A DNA stretch of 64,000 nucleotides from Planctomycetales bacterium (GTDB lineage: Bacteria; 4484-113), in NCBI GenBank assembly GCA_037441675.1, contig JBBIRS010000009.1, positions 1-64,000 on the forward strand, in the 5' to 3' direction. The first letter of the stretch is position 1. Every line of letters begins with the position of its first letter. Below the pieces are notes generated by a model. That model saw only the letters and a program-made list of their open reading frames with translations. It was not told the DNA's origin and did no database searches. A program made the translations under genes and the position numbers. Shown in pieces: positions 39,377 through 50,259 of the stretch.

Positions 39377-40684
39377 TTATCGTTCGCTTATAACTAACAT
39401 ATCCTGCGCTACTATTTTAGCTTTTTCAACTTGGGCATTGCTGTATTGTTCGGAAAGCTCCATGATTAACTCTGATTGCCTTTCGGTTTCTTTTTTGAGC
39501 TCCTCCTGTTTAATTCTAATTTCGGGAAAACTCTTCGCCAGAGTATCCATATCCGCAATAATGTCAGGCGAAAGAGGTTCTTCGTTAAGGTTTTTGCCTT
39601 TTGGAGTTAAATAAGAACCGACCGTAAGCGAGAGAGCGGACTGCCCATTCTCAAGCTCGTAAACTTCCTGAACTGAGCCTTTACCGAAGGTATGGGTGCC
39701 AACAATTTTTGCCCTGCCGTTATCCTGAAGAGCGCCGGCAAAAACCTCTGAGGCACTCGCGGAGTACTCATTCGTGAGAATGGCTAGGGGAATATCGAGG
39801 TCATCCTCATCAACTTCTGCGAAAATTGTAGTATCTTTTCTGCCTTTCTGTTTTACGCTGACAATAGCTCCTTCAGTCAAGAATAGGTCTGCCACTTCAA
39901 CCGCAGATTCTAAAAGCCCGCCAGGATTATATCTTAGGTCTATGACAAGGCTTTTAGCGCCCTTCTTCAGCAAAGTCCCAACTGCACTCTTAACTTCCTC
40001 CGCCGTCTTAACGCCAAAAAAGCTAACGCGGAAGTATCCGACATTTTTATCCAGCATTCTTTTCTCCGAAACGGACGGGAGCTCCACTTTCGCTCTCTTT
40101 AACGTTACTTTCTTAGGCTCAGTCCAACCCTCCCTTAGTATACTTAACGTAACTTCGGTGCCCGGCTCGCCCATTATCTGCCTAGCTATCTGGTCTAGCA
40201 CAGAATTTTCTGTAGTCTTTCCATCAACTTCTAAAATGAAATCTCGCTCTTTCAATCCAGCTGAAAAAGCGGGCGTATTTTCAAATACTGACGCAATAAC
40301 CGGCAGATTTCTTGCTGGGTCAAGTCCTAAAACAACTCCTATGCCTGAGTAGCCACCTTCCGCGGTTGCGGAAAGGGTGCGCCAGGCTATGGGTTCTAAG
40401 AATGTGGAATACTTATCGTTGTAAGGTTTTTCTCGAAGCCTTCCCACAAGCCCTTGAAGGGCGGAATATATGAACTCTTTTTCATCCTCAATGGGCTTGA
40501 CATAATTGTCCCTAATTAGCCTTAGAGTATCTTCAATCAGTCTCAAATCTTTAGAGCCGAACCACAGTTTGACAACGGAGCCTTTTTCCGCGCTCATTGC
40601 GCCAATGGAATAGCTAAGGAACGCTATTCCTAACACAAGAATTGAAAAGAAAAGTGTCTTTATACTTTCTCTAGTCATACTCAT
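39377..40684 (-). CDS. ctpA: Carboxy-terminal processing protease, S41 family
   Basis: PDZ domain; DLRYNPGGLL; SASASE; TFGKGSVQ. Confidence 0.92.
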   Translation of the reverse strand: MSMTRESIKTLFFSILVLGIAFLSYSIGAMSAEKGSVVKLWFGSKDLRLIEDTLRLIRDNYVKPIEDEKEFIYSALQGLVGRLREKPYNDKYSTFLEPIAWRTLSATAEGGYSGIGVVLGLDPARNLPVIASVFENTPAFSAGLKERDFILEVDGKTTENSVLDQIARQIMGEPGTEVTLSILREGWTEPKKVTLKRAKVELPSVSEKRMLDKNVGYFRVSFFGVKTAEEVKSAVGTLLKKGAKSLVIDLRYNPGGLLESAVEVADLFLTEGAIVSVKQKGRKDTTIFAEVDEDDLDIPLAILTNEYSASASEVFAGALQDNGRAKIVGTHTFGKGSVQEVYELENGQSALSLTVGSYLTPKGKNLNEEPLSPDIIADMDTLAKSFPEIRIKQEELKKETERQSELIMELSEQYSNAQVEKAKIVAQDMLVISER

Positions 40685-40729
40685 TCACCTGATAGGTTAA
40701 ATTTACATCAATAGCTTTAGAGTTACAGT

Positions 40730-41902
40730 CTAAAGATTACCCATTGGATCAACGGGAGTACCGTTCACGCGCACTTCAAAGTGCAGATGAGGGCCCGTGG
40801 AGTAACCCGTGCTTCCGACGTTTCCTATCACTTGACCAGCTTGAACGATAGTGCCAACGGAAACTGAAATATGCGAAAGGTGCGCGTAAAGGGTGCTAAT
40901 CTTGCCACCGTGGTCTATGATTATAGTAAGACCATAACCACCCCGCCAACCGGTAAATATAACCATACCAGTGCCACCCGCCCTAATTGGCGTTCCGTGA
41001 GGTGCAGCAATATCTACGCCTGTGTGCATAGCTACTCGCTTGCTTATTGGATGTCGCCGATAGCCAAATCCGCTTCTAATTGAGCCATCAACCGGTTTGA
41101 GAAGCTTCCCCTTCCAGGCTGGTCCTTTGTATCTGCCCTGGAGTCTGCGGATGTCTGACTCAATTCTCCTACTCTCCTCCTCCAGCTCTCTTATTTGCCT
41201 TTCCGCTAACTCCGCATCCTGTGAAATCCTACTTAGAAGTTGAGTCTTGCTCCGTCTCAGCTCCCCTACTTCCCTCCTTCTCTCTTTGAGCTCTTCCTGC
41301 TTGCTTGCTATGTCTGCTATTTTTGCCTCAATCTTTCTTTTATGTTCCTCCTTTTCCGCTTTCTTTCGCTCCAGCTCACTTATTAGCTTTTTATCATTAT
41401 CAAAGATTAAGCTTAAGTAAAAGACGCGATTCATAAAGTCACGAAAGTTCTCAGCATTAAAAAGAATGTAAAGGTATGTGAGCTCGCCTTGCATATAGGT
41501 TGTGATTACTCTCTTTTTAACGCTATTCTTCTTTCTTTCAATTTCATCAATAATCTCTTTAAGCCTCTGGAGTAATGCCTCCAAGTCCTTCCGAGAATTG
41601 TTTATGTCAATCTCAAGCTCAGCAACCTTTGAATTGAGTGCGTCTACCTGTTGGTCAAGCTCGCTTATCTCGCCTGAAATAGAAGCTTTCTCTTCCTTCA
41701 ACTTGCGAAGCTTTCTTTCAAGGGTGCGCTTTCTAACTTGAATTTCGTAAAGCATTTGGCTCGCGCTTTTTGCTTGAACCTCTAAAGAGTTAATAGGAAT
41801 GATAAAGAGCGCTGTAAGTACCACTATAGAAAAAATCTTCAAAGCCTTTACTTTCACCCGCTTAAATTCCATATTAACATCATCAATAATAATCTCAAGC
41901 AA
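40730..41902 (-). CDS. Coiled-coil + M23 peptidase (EnvC-like architecture, Zn ligands intact)
   Basis: Long coiled coil; HTGVD; YAHL; STGPHLHFEV. Confidence 0.92.
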   Translation of the reverse strand: MLEIIIDDVNMEFKRVKVKALKIFSIVVLTALFIIPINSLEVQAKSASQMLYEIQVRKRTLERKLRKLKEEKASISGEISELDQQVDALNSKVAELEIDINNSRKDLEALLQRLKEIIDEIERKKNSVKKRVITTYMQGELTYLYILFNAENFRDFMNRVFYLSLIFDNDKKLISELERKKAEKEEHKRKIEAKIADIASKQEELKERRREVGELRRSKTQLLSRISQDAELAERQIRELEEESRRIESDIRRLQGRYKGPAWKGKLLKPVDGSIRSGFGYRRHPISKRVAMHTGVDIAAPHGTPIRAGGTGMVIFTGWRGGYGLTIIIDHGGKISTLYAHLSHISVSVGTIVQAGQVIGNVGSTGYSTGPHLHFEVRVNGTPVDPMGNL

Positions 41903-41914
41903 AATCAGGGCAAG

Positions 41915-42844
41915 TTAGGATGAGCCTATTCTCTTCATCTCCTCTACTCTTTTTATATCTGAGGCTAGGAATTGGTTAGCCGCAATGAGACTGCTTAGAA
42001 ACCCTCCAAATGTTCCCAGGAAAATGATACCCGCTGAAAGCGTTATAAAGAACAAATTCACGTTTATGATTTTAGGCAGGAAGAGAGATAGTTTTTGCAA
42101 AAGTCCAACCGCAGTTTGCCCTAGGAGATAGACTATTGATACGCTGAGGATAGAACCCACCATTCCAATGAAAATTCCCTCAATTAAAAAGGACCAGCGG
42201 ATAAAAGAGTTCGTAGCCCCCACAAGTTGCATTATTCTTATCTCTCTACGCCTGCTGTAAATGGAAAGACGAACCACGTTATGCACAGATGATATTGCGC
42301 CCGAGACTAGCAAGAGCAGGATTAACAGAAATCCAATTTCCACACCGAAAAGAACCCTCATAAGCTTTGCCACCTCCTTCTTCGGGTATCTCACGCCCCA
42401 CACGCCATCAATTTTCCTTAGTTTTTCCGCTAGATCTTCAATTTTGTCCAAATTCTTGGGCTTTATAATGTAGGTTGGTGGTAATGGATTCTCGCCTTCC
42501 AGTATATCCTGAACGGGAATATTAAAAGTCTCTGAGAAATCGGATAAAGCTTCCTCCGGAGATTTATAGCCAATGCTTTCAATCTCTTTCATGCTTCTAA
42601 CCTTGCGGTCTATTTCCACGTAAGTTTCCGCTGGGAGTCCGATTTTCAGGTATAGGTAAATCTCCACCATCTGCTGAAGGGAAATGGTGAAGGCGGCAAC
42701 GTAAGTCATTACTGTAATTAGAAAACCAAGTACAGTTAGAGATATGGTGACCTGCAAACCGTGAGTTATGGCGATGTAAGTATTTCTGCGCAGATTCTCA
42801 AGAAATTCCTTAAAAAAGAAGGCTAGGTTACTAAGCGCGCTAAT
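41915..42844 (-). CDS. ftsX: Cell division permease FtsX (probable ATT start at 42844; first canonical start TTG 42757)
   Basis: ENPLP; RRREIRIMQLVGAT..FI; in-frame N-terminal FFKEFLENLRRN upstream of 42757. Confidence 0.9.
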   Translation of the reverse strand: MSALSNLAFFFKEFLENLRRNTYIAITHGLQVTISLTVLGFLITVMTYVAAFTISLQQMVEIYLYLKIGLPAETYVEIDRKVRSMKEIESIGYKSPEEALSDFSETFNIPVQDILEGENPLPPTYIIKPKNLDKIEDLAEKLRKIDGVWGVRYPKKEVAKLMRVLFGVEIGFLLILLLLVSGAISSVHNVVRLSIYSRRREIRIMQLVGATNSFIRWSFLIEGIFIGMVGSILSVSIVYLLGQTAVGLLQKLSLFLPKIINVNLFFITLSAGIIFLGTFGGFLSSLIAANQFLASDIKRVEEMKRIGSS

Positions 42845-43514
42845 AACCGCCCTCCTTTTTATCGGAGGTTATCAAGCCATGCTCAACGCGTATGGTCCTG
42901 GTTTTGAACTGATTAACAATGTTCTCATCATGAGTTGCAACAATTAAGGTTGTTCCCCAGGAGTTAATCCGCTGAAGGAGCTCGATAATCCCTATGCTAG
43001 TTTCCGGGTCAAGATTACCAGTAGGCTCATCCGCCAGGAGAATGTCGGGCTTATTTATCAAAGCGCGAGCTATGCAAACTCTTTGTTGCTCCCCACCGGA
43101 AAGTTCGTCTGGATAAGACCTCATTTTGTGAGTCAACCCCACCCATTCCAACGCTTCAGGAACTGCCTGACGTATCACTTTAGGACTAGCCCCCCTTACC
43201 TCCAAAGCAAATGCAACATTGCCATAAACGTTTTTATGTGGGATTAATAAGAAGTCCTGAAATATCACGCCAACACGTCTTCTTAAGTAAGGAACCTCGC
43301 GAGGATGCATCTTTCCCACATCTTTCTTAAAAACTAAGACCTTACCCTCCTGGGGGACGACGTCACGATAAATACACCGAAGAACCGATGATTTACCGCC
43401 ACCCGTTGAACCAACTAGGAAAACGAACTCTTGTTTCTCAACCTCAAAATTGATTCCCCTAAGGGCGGTTATACCAGTTGAATAAGACAGCTTAACGTCC
43501 GTAAATCTAATCAA
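42840..43514 (-). CDS. ftsE: Cell division ATPase FtsE
   Basis: [41 protein letters not shown]. Confidence 0.95.
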   Translation of the reverse strand: MIRFTDVKLSYSTGITALRGINFEVEKQEFVFLVGSTGGGKSSVLRCIYRDVVPQEGKVLVFKKDVGKMHPREVPYLRRRVGVIFQDFLLIPHKNVYGNVAFALEVRGASPKVIRQAVPEALEWVGLTHKMRSYPDELSGGEQQRVCIARALINKPDILLADEPTGNLDPETSIGIIELLQRINSWGTTLIVATHDENIVNQFKTRTIRVEHGLITSDKKEGGY

Positions 43515-44251
43515 TGCACTTTACCCCTTAATTTAGTTACTAGTATAAGCCAAACGAAAGCTGGCACAAATTTAACGAGCCGAGCCCATCTGGTCGGGTC
43601 TTGAATGGCTCGGTAAAGCCACTCTAATTTAGCTTTCTGCCAGGAAGCGGGCGCCAGCTTTTTATCACCGCAAAAGACCTCAAAAGAGCCACCGACACCA
43701 ATCATTATGACGCACGGAAGCTCTTGTTTATTCTTAGCGATGAAAAGTTCTTGTTTGGGCGCACCCATCCCCACTAAAAGCACCCTCGCACCACTAGCCT
43801 TTATTTCTTCCACGACCTTCTTCGTCTCCTCGTCAGTGAAATAACCATGGTGATAGCCGGCTATGCTTAAGTTTGGATATTCTCCTTTTAGCTTTTCGCA
43901 AGCCTTACTTACCACGTTATTCTTTGAACCAAGCAGAAAAACACTAATTCCACTACTTTCACAGCACTTCAAAAGCTCCTGAGCGAGTTGGATACCGGCT
44001 ATCCGCTCAACGCTTTTGCCTGAAATCCATCTTATGGCATAAGCCAACCACCAGCCATCCACTACGATAAGTTCTGCCTCTTTTACCACTCTTTGGTACT
44101 CGGGATCTCTTCTTGCCCGCATAAAAATTTCCGGATTCATTGTGACGATGTGAGTTTTCTTTCCCTCCCTGAGACGGGTTTGTAGATAATCAAGGAGATT
44201 GTTTAGATTGCCACTATAGAACTTCAATCCAAAGAAATTTGTAAAATCCAC
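43511..44251 (-). CDS. tagA: WecG/TagA/CpsF-family glycosyltransferase
   Basis: TMNPE; HHGYF; VGMGAPKQE; GVGGSF; LEWLYR..P.R. Confidence 0.85.
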   Translation of the reverse strand: MDFTNFFGLKFYSGNLNNLLDYLQTRLREGKKTHIVTMNPEIFMRARRDPEYQRVVKEAELIVVDGWWLAYAIRWISGKSVERIAGIQLAQELLKCCESSGISVFLLGSKNNVVSKACEKLKGEYPNLSIAGYHHGYFTDEETKKVVEEIKASGARVLLVGMGAPKQELFIAKNKQELPCVIMIGVGGSFEVFCGDKKLAPASWQKAKLEWLYRAIQDPTRWARLVKFVPAFVWLILVTKLRGKVH

Positions 44252-44496
44252 AAGCTCCTAAATTTTAACAAAGCCTTTAATGAAATGGTAAATATGTATA
44301 TTAAACTCGGAATGATTAAACTCGTCATGAACAAACTTTATGTTAATAAACTGAGCTTAAATTCTAGTTTACACAAGATGAAAAGCTAAATCAATCTCAG
44401 AGTCCGGCTAGCTGTGCCGAGTGTGCAGAGCTAGCTTCAAAGAGAAAATCAGGTTAAGAAGGGAGTTAGCGTATAAAATATTAGTAATGAATTTCT

Positions 44497-44568
44497 GCCG
44501 GCGTAGCTCAGTGGCAGAGCAACTGACTTGTAATCAGTAGGTCGTCGGTTCAAGTCCGACCGCCGGCT
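44497..44568 (+). tRNA. tRNA-Thr(TGT), CCA not encoded
   Basis: Acceptor stem GCCGGCG/CGCCGGC; D arm GCTCAGTGGCAGAGC; anticodon loop CTTGTAA; T loop TTCAAGT. Confidence 0.97.
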
Positions 44569-44957
44569 GTTATAGGGCCTGCGGGACTAGCATTTTTCCC
44601 CTTAGGAAGAAGCGCTTGACTGCTTTCATCCACCCTTTTGCGCCAATCATAACTGCTAGCACTTCTAACAAAGTAACCTCTCTTAAACAAAACGAAGGAT
44701 GCTGAAAAGCTTCCTTCTTTACCACAGGAACCGAAACTTCGTGTCTATGCAGATTAAGTTTGCACACTCCGAGGGGAAGTCCTGCAGAACTTCAATACAA
44801 TCCCACAGTAAAGAGTTTCGGGTTCAAAGTTAGGATGGATGGGGTCATCCGTCTAGTTCTAGCACTGTTAAGTAGTAACAAAGACTGTTCTTGGTTGTAG
44901 CCTCTCGGCTAGAAAATGGCTGCGTGATGAATACTAAAACATTCTAAGGAGAGGGAT

Positions 44958-45544
44958 TTGAGCAGAAATGACCGCATTGAACTGATACGAATTCTTAGGG
45001 AAGCACGCGGAGGAACTTCATTTTTGGCGCAAATTACCGCTCCTACAGAAGCCCAAATTGCTACCGACGCACTCACCTACTTCACTGACCACCTTTCAGG
45101 ATTGACCAAGGGAGGAAAGTTCGTAAGTAAGCCCCATAACTGAGTTCATCAAGTAAGTGGGTGCGAGTAACATCTTTCTCCTAAAAAAGAAGCATGGAGT
45201 ATAGTGAGAGAATAGCGAAGAAGTTCTTGGAAAATAACAAAATGGGACTGTCTGATGAGGCAAGAAATAGCATTATCAGCGAGTTGCTCCTTAACATTCC
45301 CCATCACCGCCACTTATTGACTAGGGACGAAAACGCGGAACTGGGTCTTCGGGTTACGAAGACTGAGGAAGTTCGGGATGATTTCTCTAAATTGGTTTGG
45401 CGCAAATGGAAAACCTACGAGTCCGAATTTCCACCAGCATTGCCTTTGCAAGTTGAGTAAGCTATTAAAGAGAATTAACGCACCTTTTACCGGCTTTTGG
45501 CGATAATCGAGTCATTCAACAGCGGAGGAAAAGGGCGTAGTTAA
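44958..45544 (+). pseudogene. Fragmented ClpP-class (SDH/DUF114-like) serine protease remnant
   Basis: N-terminal RIELIR..EARG..AQIA.DA..F.DHL; C-terminal H.H.LTR.E..ELGL.V..W..YE and a separate LLAIIES piece; catalytic middle absent. Confidence 0.6.
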
Positions 45545-45791
45545 AACGACGTTCGCAAAACAGAAGTGGGATTTAATACCCGAGCCTGCCCAGCCACAGA
45601 AGTTTTGTATCAGCCAAAAATTTTTACTTTGGGAGAATTTCTAGCATTCTTTGCGGTCTGAAGAAGAAAAGGTCGCTTTCAGTTTTTAGAGTATTTTTTA
45701 TACTCAAAGCATACGGTCATCCCTAACGACTATGGTAAGATACAAAAGCTTAAAGTGGCGGTTTCGTTAGGTATGAATTTACAGGAACTTA

Positions 45792-47594
45792 GTGATGCCG
45801 GTAATTGCGAAAAAGGATGAGCTGACTGAAAAGGAAGCAAGGCTACACCGATTAAGGCACTCCGCGTCGCATATAATGGCGCAGGCGGTTTGCGAGCTAT
45901 TTCCCGAAGTTAAACTGGCAATCGGTCCGCCGATTGAGGACGGCTTTTATTACGACTTTGATACTCCACACACTTTTACTCAAGATGACCTTGAAAGAAT
46001 TGAAGCTAAGATGCGGGAGATCATCAAGGAGGATGCAACCTTTGAGGAAATTGAAATGACCCGAGAGGAAGCCCTAAAATTCTTGATGGAGAACAATGCG
46101 GGAGCTTACAAACTTGAACTTTTGAATGACATCCCCGAGAATGAACGCATTACTTTTTACCGCAGTGGTCGGTTCATTGACCTATGCGCCGGACCGCATG
46201 CGTCAAGAACGGGCGAAGTCAAACACTTTAAGCTTCTTAAGATTGCGGGAGCATATTGGCGAGGTGTGGAGATAAATCCAATGCTTCAACGCATTTATGG
46301 AACTGCGTGGGAGACTGAGCAGGAATTAGAAGCTTACCTGAAGCGATTAGAAGAGGCGGAAAAGCGCGATCATAGAAAGCTAGGACCTGAGCTTCAGCTC
46401 TTTACTTTTTTTGATGAGGCGGGGAGCGGGCTTCCTTTCTACTTTCCAAAGGGAGCCGTGCTTTTGAATGAACTTCAAAATTGGATGTACGAGGAGCACG
46501 TGAAAAGGGGGTATATTCCACTACGCACACCCCATTTACTCAAGATTGACCTATGGAAAATCAGTGGGCATCTGGAAAATTACCGTGAGAATATGTTTTT
46601 AGTGAAGGATGAAGAGAATAATCCTAACTCGCCTCTTCCGGGCGTATCCTACGGTGTGAAGCCGATGAACTGCCCTGGACACATCCTCATCTATCAGGCT
46701 CAGACGAGAAGCTACCGTGACCTTCCCCAGCGATACTTTGAATTCGGCACAGTCTACCGATTTGAACGCGGTGGGACTATGCATGGAATGCTACGTGTTC
46801 GCGGATTCACTCAGGACGATGCCCATATTTTCTGCACTCCAGAGCAGTATGTTAGCGAAGTAAGCGCGGTTATTGATTTTTGCATACATGTGCTTGATAC
46901 ATTTGGCTTTGAGTATACGGTTGGTTTGAAGACTCGTTCCGACAAGCGGCTTGGGAGTGATGAAATTTGGGATATGGCGGAAGGGGGATTAGAAAAGGTC
47001 CTCAAGCAGTTGAACATACCCTTTTACTATGGGCATAAAGACGCTACGTTTTATGGTCCAAAGGTTGACTTTATCATCCGCGATTCCCTTGGGAGAGAGT
47101 GGCAGGCAAGCACTGTTCAGCTTGACTTTAACCTGCCTGAGCGCTTTGAACTTGAGTATATTGATGTTGACGGCAAAGCCAAACGTCCAGTGATGATACA
47201 TCGCGCGATACTTGGAAGTTTTGAGCGATTTATTGGCCTGCTCGTTGAAGAGTTTAACGGGGCGTTTCCACTCTGGTGCGCTCCCATTCAAGCGCGCGTT
47301 CTTCCCATTTCCGTTGAACTCAATTCTTACGCGGAAAATGTCGCTAAAGATTTCTCCCTTGCTGGAATTAGAGTTGATGTTGACAAAAGAGCGGAAACCC
47401 TAAACAAGAAGATTAGAGAAGCGACAACCAACAAAATCCCTTACTTAGTCATCGTAGGTAAGAAAGAGGCTGAAGGGGAGAGGGTCAGCGTGCGCTCATA
47501 CTTTGATGGAGATTTGGGAATGATGGAACTATCTGAGCTAAGTGCTAGAATGAAAGATGAGATTGAAAGAAAAGTGCACCGCAGGAAGATGTAG
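45792..47594 (+). CDS. thrS: Threonine-tRNA ligase (no N-terminal TGS domain)
   Basis: RHSASH; DLCAGPH; RDHRKLG; KPMNCPGH; RVRGFTQDDAH; FYGPK; HRAILGS. Confidence 0.98.
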   Translation: MMPVIAKKDELTEKEARLHRLRHSASHIMAQAVCELFPEVKLAIGPPIEDGFYYDFDTPHTFTQDDLERIEAKMREIIKEDATFEEIEMTREEALKFLMENNAGAYKLELLNDIPENERITFYRSGRFIDLCAGPHASRTGEVKHFKLLKIAGAYWRGVEINPMLQRIYGTAWETEQELEAYLKRLEEAEKRDHRKLGPELQLFTFFDEAGSGLPFYFPKGAVLLNELQNWMYEEHVKRGYIPLRTPHLLKIDLWKISGHLENYRENMFLVKDEENNPNSPLPGVSYGVKPMNCPGHILIYQAQTRSYRDLPQRYFEFGTVYRFERGGTMHGMLRVRGFTQDDAHIFCTPEQYVSEVSAVIDFCIHVLDTFGFEYTVGLKTRSDKRLGSDEIWDMAEGGLEKVLKQLNIPFYYGHKDATFYGPKVDFIIRDSLGREWQASTVQLDFNLPERFELEYIDVDGKAKRPVMIHRAILGSFERFIGLLVEEFNGAFPLWCAPIQARVLPISVELNSYAENVAKDFSLAGIRVDVDKRAETLNKKIREATTNKIPYLVIVGKKEAEGERVSVRSYFDGDLGMMELSELSARMKDEIERKVHRRKM

Positions 47595-47638
47595 CGTAGT
47601 GATGGTTTTATTCTCTTAAGAAGGTGAAACATTAGAAG

Positions 47639-49075
47639 TTGATGAACACAGAAAGATTCTCCGCGGTAATACTCGCAGCGGGAAAATCAACTCGCTTCAG
47701 TTCCAAGCATGGCGTTAGTAAAGTCCTTTATCCGTTGGCGGGGGTGCCGATGATTGAATATGTCCTTAGGACACTTCACCGTCTCGCCCCTAACGAGATT
47801 ATCATAGTTATGAACCCTGAAACCTTTGAAGAATTTCATAAACTCTACGGTGACATTTACAAAGTGGCTATTCAAGATCCACCACTTGGAACTGGGGATG
47901 CACTTGCCACCGCTCTTCCCCATATTGAATCCGATGCTGAATATGTATTAGTTCTGCCAGGAGATGCGCCTCTAATATCTGAAAAGGCAATCACCACGCT
48001 CTTAAAATCGACATCTGGCGGAGAGGGAGCGGTTTTGACCTTTCATCCACCTTCAACTTATGGCTATGGCAGGATTCTTAGGGACGAAGACGGTTACTTT
48101 GTCTCACGCATCGTTGAAGAGTTGGATGCGGATGATAAAACTGTTGGCATAACCGAATGCAACTCTGGCGTTTATGCGTTTCAAAAGAAATGGCTAGCTG
48201 ATGTTCTTGAGCGAACACGCGTTGAATTTGGCACTAAGAACGCTAAAGGGGAGTACTACCTCACTGATGTGATGAACTTTCTTAGAATAACGCCAGTCTT
48301 CCACGAACCTTACGAAGACCTAATAGGCATAAACGATAGAGCTCAGCTTAACCAAGCGGAAAATTTGCTTCAGGAACGCATAATTTCAGCCCATGCCAAG
48401 GAGGGCGTCACATTTATTCGCGCTGAAACAAGTTACGTGGAGGCGAATGTAACCATAGGCGCAGACACCATTATCTATCCCGGCTGTGTCCTTAGGGGAG
48501 ACACTAGCATTGGTGAAAACTGTGAGGTTGGACCAATGTGTTACATTGAGAACTCAAGAATTGGTAATCATAACAAAATAATTTACGCCCATTTGGTTGG
48601 TGTCCATACGGAAGATAATGTTAAGGTTGGACCCTTTGCAAATCTAAGGCCTGGGACTCATATATCCGAAAACGCCAAGGTCGGCGACTTTGTGGAGATA
48701 AAGAACTCAAGAATTGGCGCTGGTAGCAAAGTTCCACATTTAACCTACATTGGTGATAGCGAAATCGGTGAAGGCGTCAATATCGGCGCAGGTACTATCA
48801 CCTGCAATTACGACGGTTTTGAGAAGCATAAGACAATAATTGAGGATAACGTCTTCATCGGGAGTAACAACACTCTTATCGCGCCGTTAAGAATCGGACG
48901 TGGCGCTTACACCGCGGGTGGAAGCACGATAAATCAGGATGTGCCGGAAGATGCCCTTGGCATTGGACGAGCTAAACAAGAAATAAAAGAGGGCTACGCG
49001 AAAAAGCTCCGTGAGAGAAAAGCTAAAAAGACATCAAATATTGAAGAAAGCACCGAAGAGCCAAATTCGACTTAA
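47639..49075 (+). CDS. glmU: Bifunctional UDP-GlcNAc pyrophosphorylase/GlcN-1-P acetyltransferase
   Basis: LAAGKSTR; LGTG; GEYYLTD; hexapeptide repeats; NIGAGTITCNYDG. Confidence 0.97.
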   Translation: MMNTERFSAVILAAGKSTRFSSKHGVSKVLYPLAGVPMIEYVLRTLHRLAPNEIIIVMNPETFEEFHKLYGDIYKVAIQDPPLGTGDALATALPHIESDAEYVLVLPGDAPLISEKAITTLLKSTSGGEGAVLTFHPPSTYGYGRILRDEDGYFVSRIVEELDADDKTVGITECNSGVYAFQKKWLADVLERTRVEFGTKNAKGEYYLTDVMNFLRITPVFHEPYEDLIGINDRAQLNQAENLLQERIISAHAKEGVTFIRAETSYVEANVTIGADTIIYPGCVLRGDTSIGENCEVGPMCYIENSRIGNHNKIIYAHLVGVHTEDNVKVGPFANLRPGTHISENAKVGDFVEIKNSRIGAGSKVPHLTYIGDSEIGEGVNIGAGTITCNYDGFEKHKTIIEDNVFIGSNNTLIAPLRIGRGAYTAGGSTINQDVPEDALGIGRAKQEIKEGYAKKLRERKAKKTSNIEESTEEPNST

Positions 49076-49131
49076 TTTTCCATATTTTACGTTGAACTAA
49101 CCTTGTAAATATCTAATTCATTTGCTAATCT

Positions 49132-50139
49132 TTGACTTTAGAATATTTGCATGCGCCACAGGCTGAGGATAACATCATGGCTAATTCACTTCAGTTTGTA
49201 AAACGACTAACTTTGGTTAGCGGTAACGCTAATAGGAAATTAGCGGAGGACATTGCAAAGGTTCTTGGGGTTGAGCTTAGGAGAATGACCGTTGATCGTT
49301 TTCACGATGGAGAAACTCGGGTAAAAGTTGAAGAGAGTATCAGAGGCGATGATGTTTTTGTAGTTCAACCCACTAGCCCGCCAGTTAATGAAAACCTAAT
49401 GGAGCTACTAATAATGATAGACGCAATCTCCAGGGCCAGTGCGCATAGGATTGCGGCGGTTATTCCCTATTACGGGTATTCAAGGCAGGACAAGAAGATC
49501 AAACCACGCGAGCCGATTAGCGCAAGATTAGTGGCAAATATCATTGAGGTTGCAGGCGCTGATAGGGTTCTTGTAATGGATTTTCACAGTGGGGCTCTTC
49601 AAGGCTTCTTCAACATTCCAGTTGATCATCTCTCCGCTATGCTCCTCTTCAGCAAGCATATACAAAACAGTGGTTTTTCCGCTGAAGACAGCGTTATGGT
49701 TAGCCCGGACGTTGGCGGAGTGGCACGCGCCAGCGAAGTCGCCAATCGACTTGGATTTCCCCTCGCCATCATTGCGAAACGCAGACCTGAACCAAATGTA
49801 GCAGAGGTGGTTGAGGTAATTGGTGAAGTAGCAGGCAAAGACTGCATCCTTTACGATGATATGGTTGACACGGGTGGAAGCATTGTTCAAGGCGCAAATA
49901 TGTTGATGGAACGAGGTTCAAAGCGCATTTGGGTCTACGCTACTCACGGCATCCTTTCTGGAGATGCTGTAAAACTAATTGAGAATAGCCCCATTGAAAG
50001 GCTTGTGATAACTGATACTATTGCCCTTCCCCCTGAGAAGCGCATTCCAAAAATTGAGGTTGTTTCCACCGCAGAAATTTTCGCTGAAGCGATTCTAAGA
50101 GGCTTTAGAGATGAAAGCATAAGCACCCTCTTCGGCTAG
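49132..50139 (+). CDS. prs: Ribose-phosphate pyrophosphokinase (likely start ATG 49177)
   Basis: FHDGE; PYYGYSRQD; SPDVGG; DDMVDTGGS; ATHG. Confidence 0.97.
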   Translation: MTLEYLHAPQAEDNIMANSLQFVKRLTLVSGNANRKLAEDIAKVLGVELRRMTVDRFHDGETRVKVEESIRGDDVFVVQPTSPPVNENLMELLIMIDAISRASAHRIAAVIPYYGYSRQDKKIKPREPISARLVANIIEVAGADRVLVMDFHSGALQGFFNIPVDHLSAMLLFSKHIQNSGFSAEDSVMVSPDVGGVARASEVANRLGFPLAIIAKRRPEPNVAEVVEVIGEVAGKDCILYDDMVDTGGSIVQGANMLMERGSKRIWVYATHGILSGDAVKLIENSPIERLVITDTIALPPEKRIPKIEVVSTAEIFAEAILRGFRDESISTLFG

Positions 50140-50259
50140 CGAAATTTTCCAATCGTTCCTCATATAAGCCTCATATAAGAAAACACCAGCTTCTAGCGGT
50201 GTTAAAGTTTACTCAAGAACTTCGCGGAATAATGGTATTTAATATTGATCTAACAGTAC

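Noticed and set aside
39774..40352. 192-aa antisense ORF and similar shadow ORFs
   Set aside because: They lie opposite well-supported genes and have no motifs.
44770..44790. GAGGGGAAGTCC resembling the RNase P conserved region
   Set aside because: No matching 3' conserved region or closing helix.
45600..45791. T-box leader for thrS
   Set aside because: No T-box GGTGGnACC motif or terminator/antiterminator pair found.
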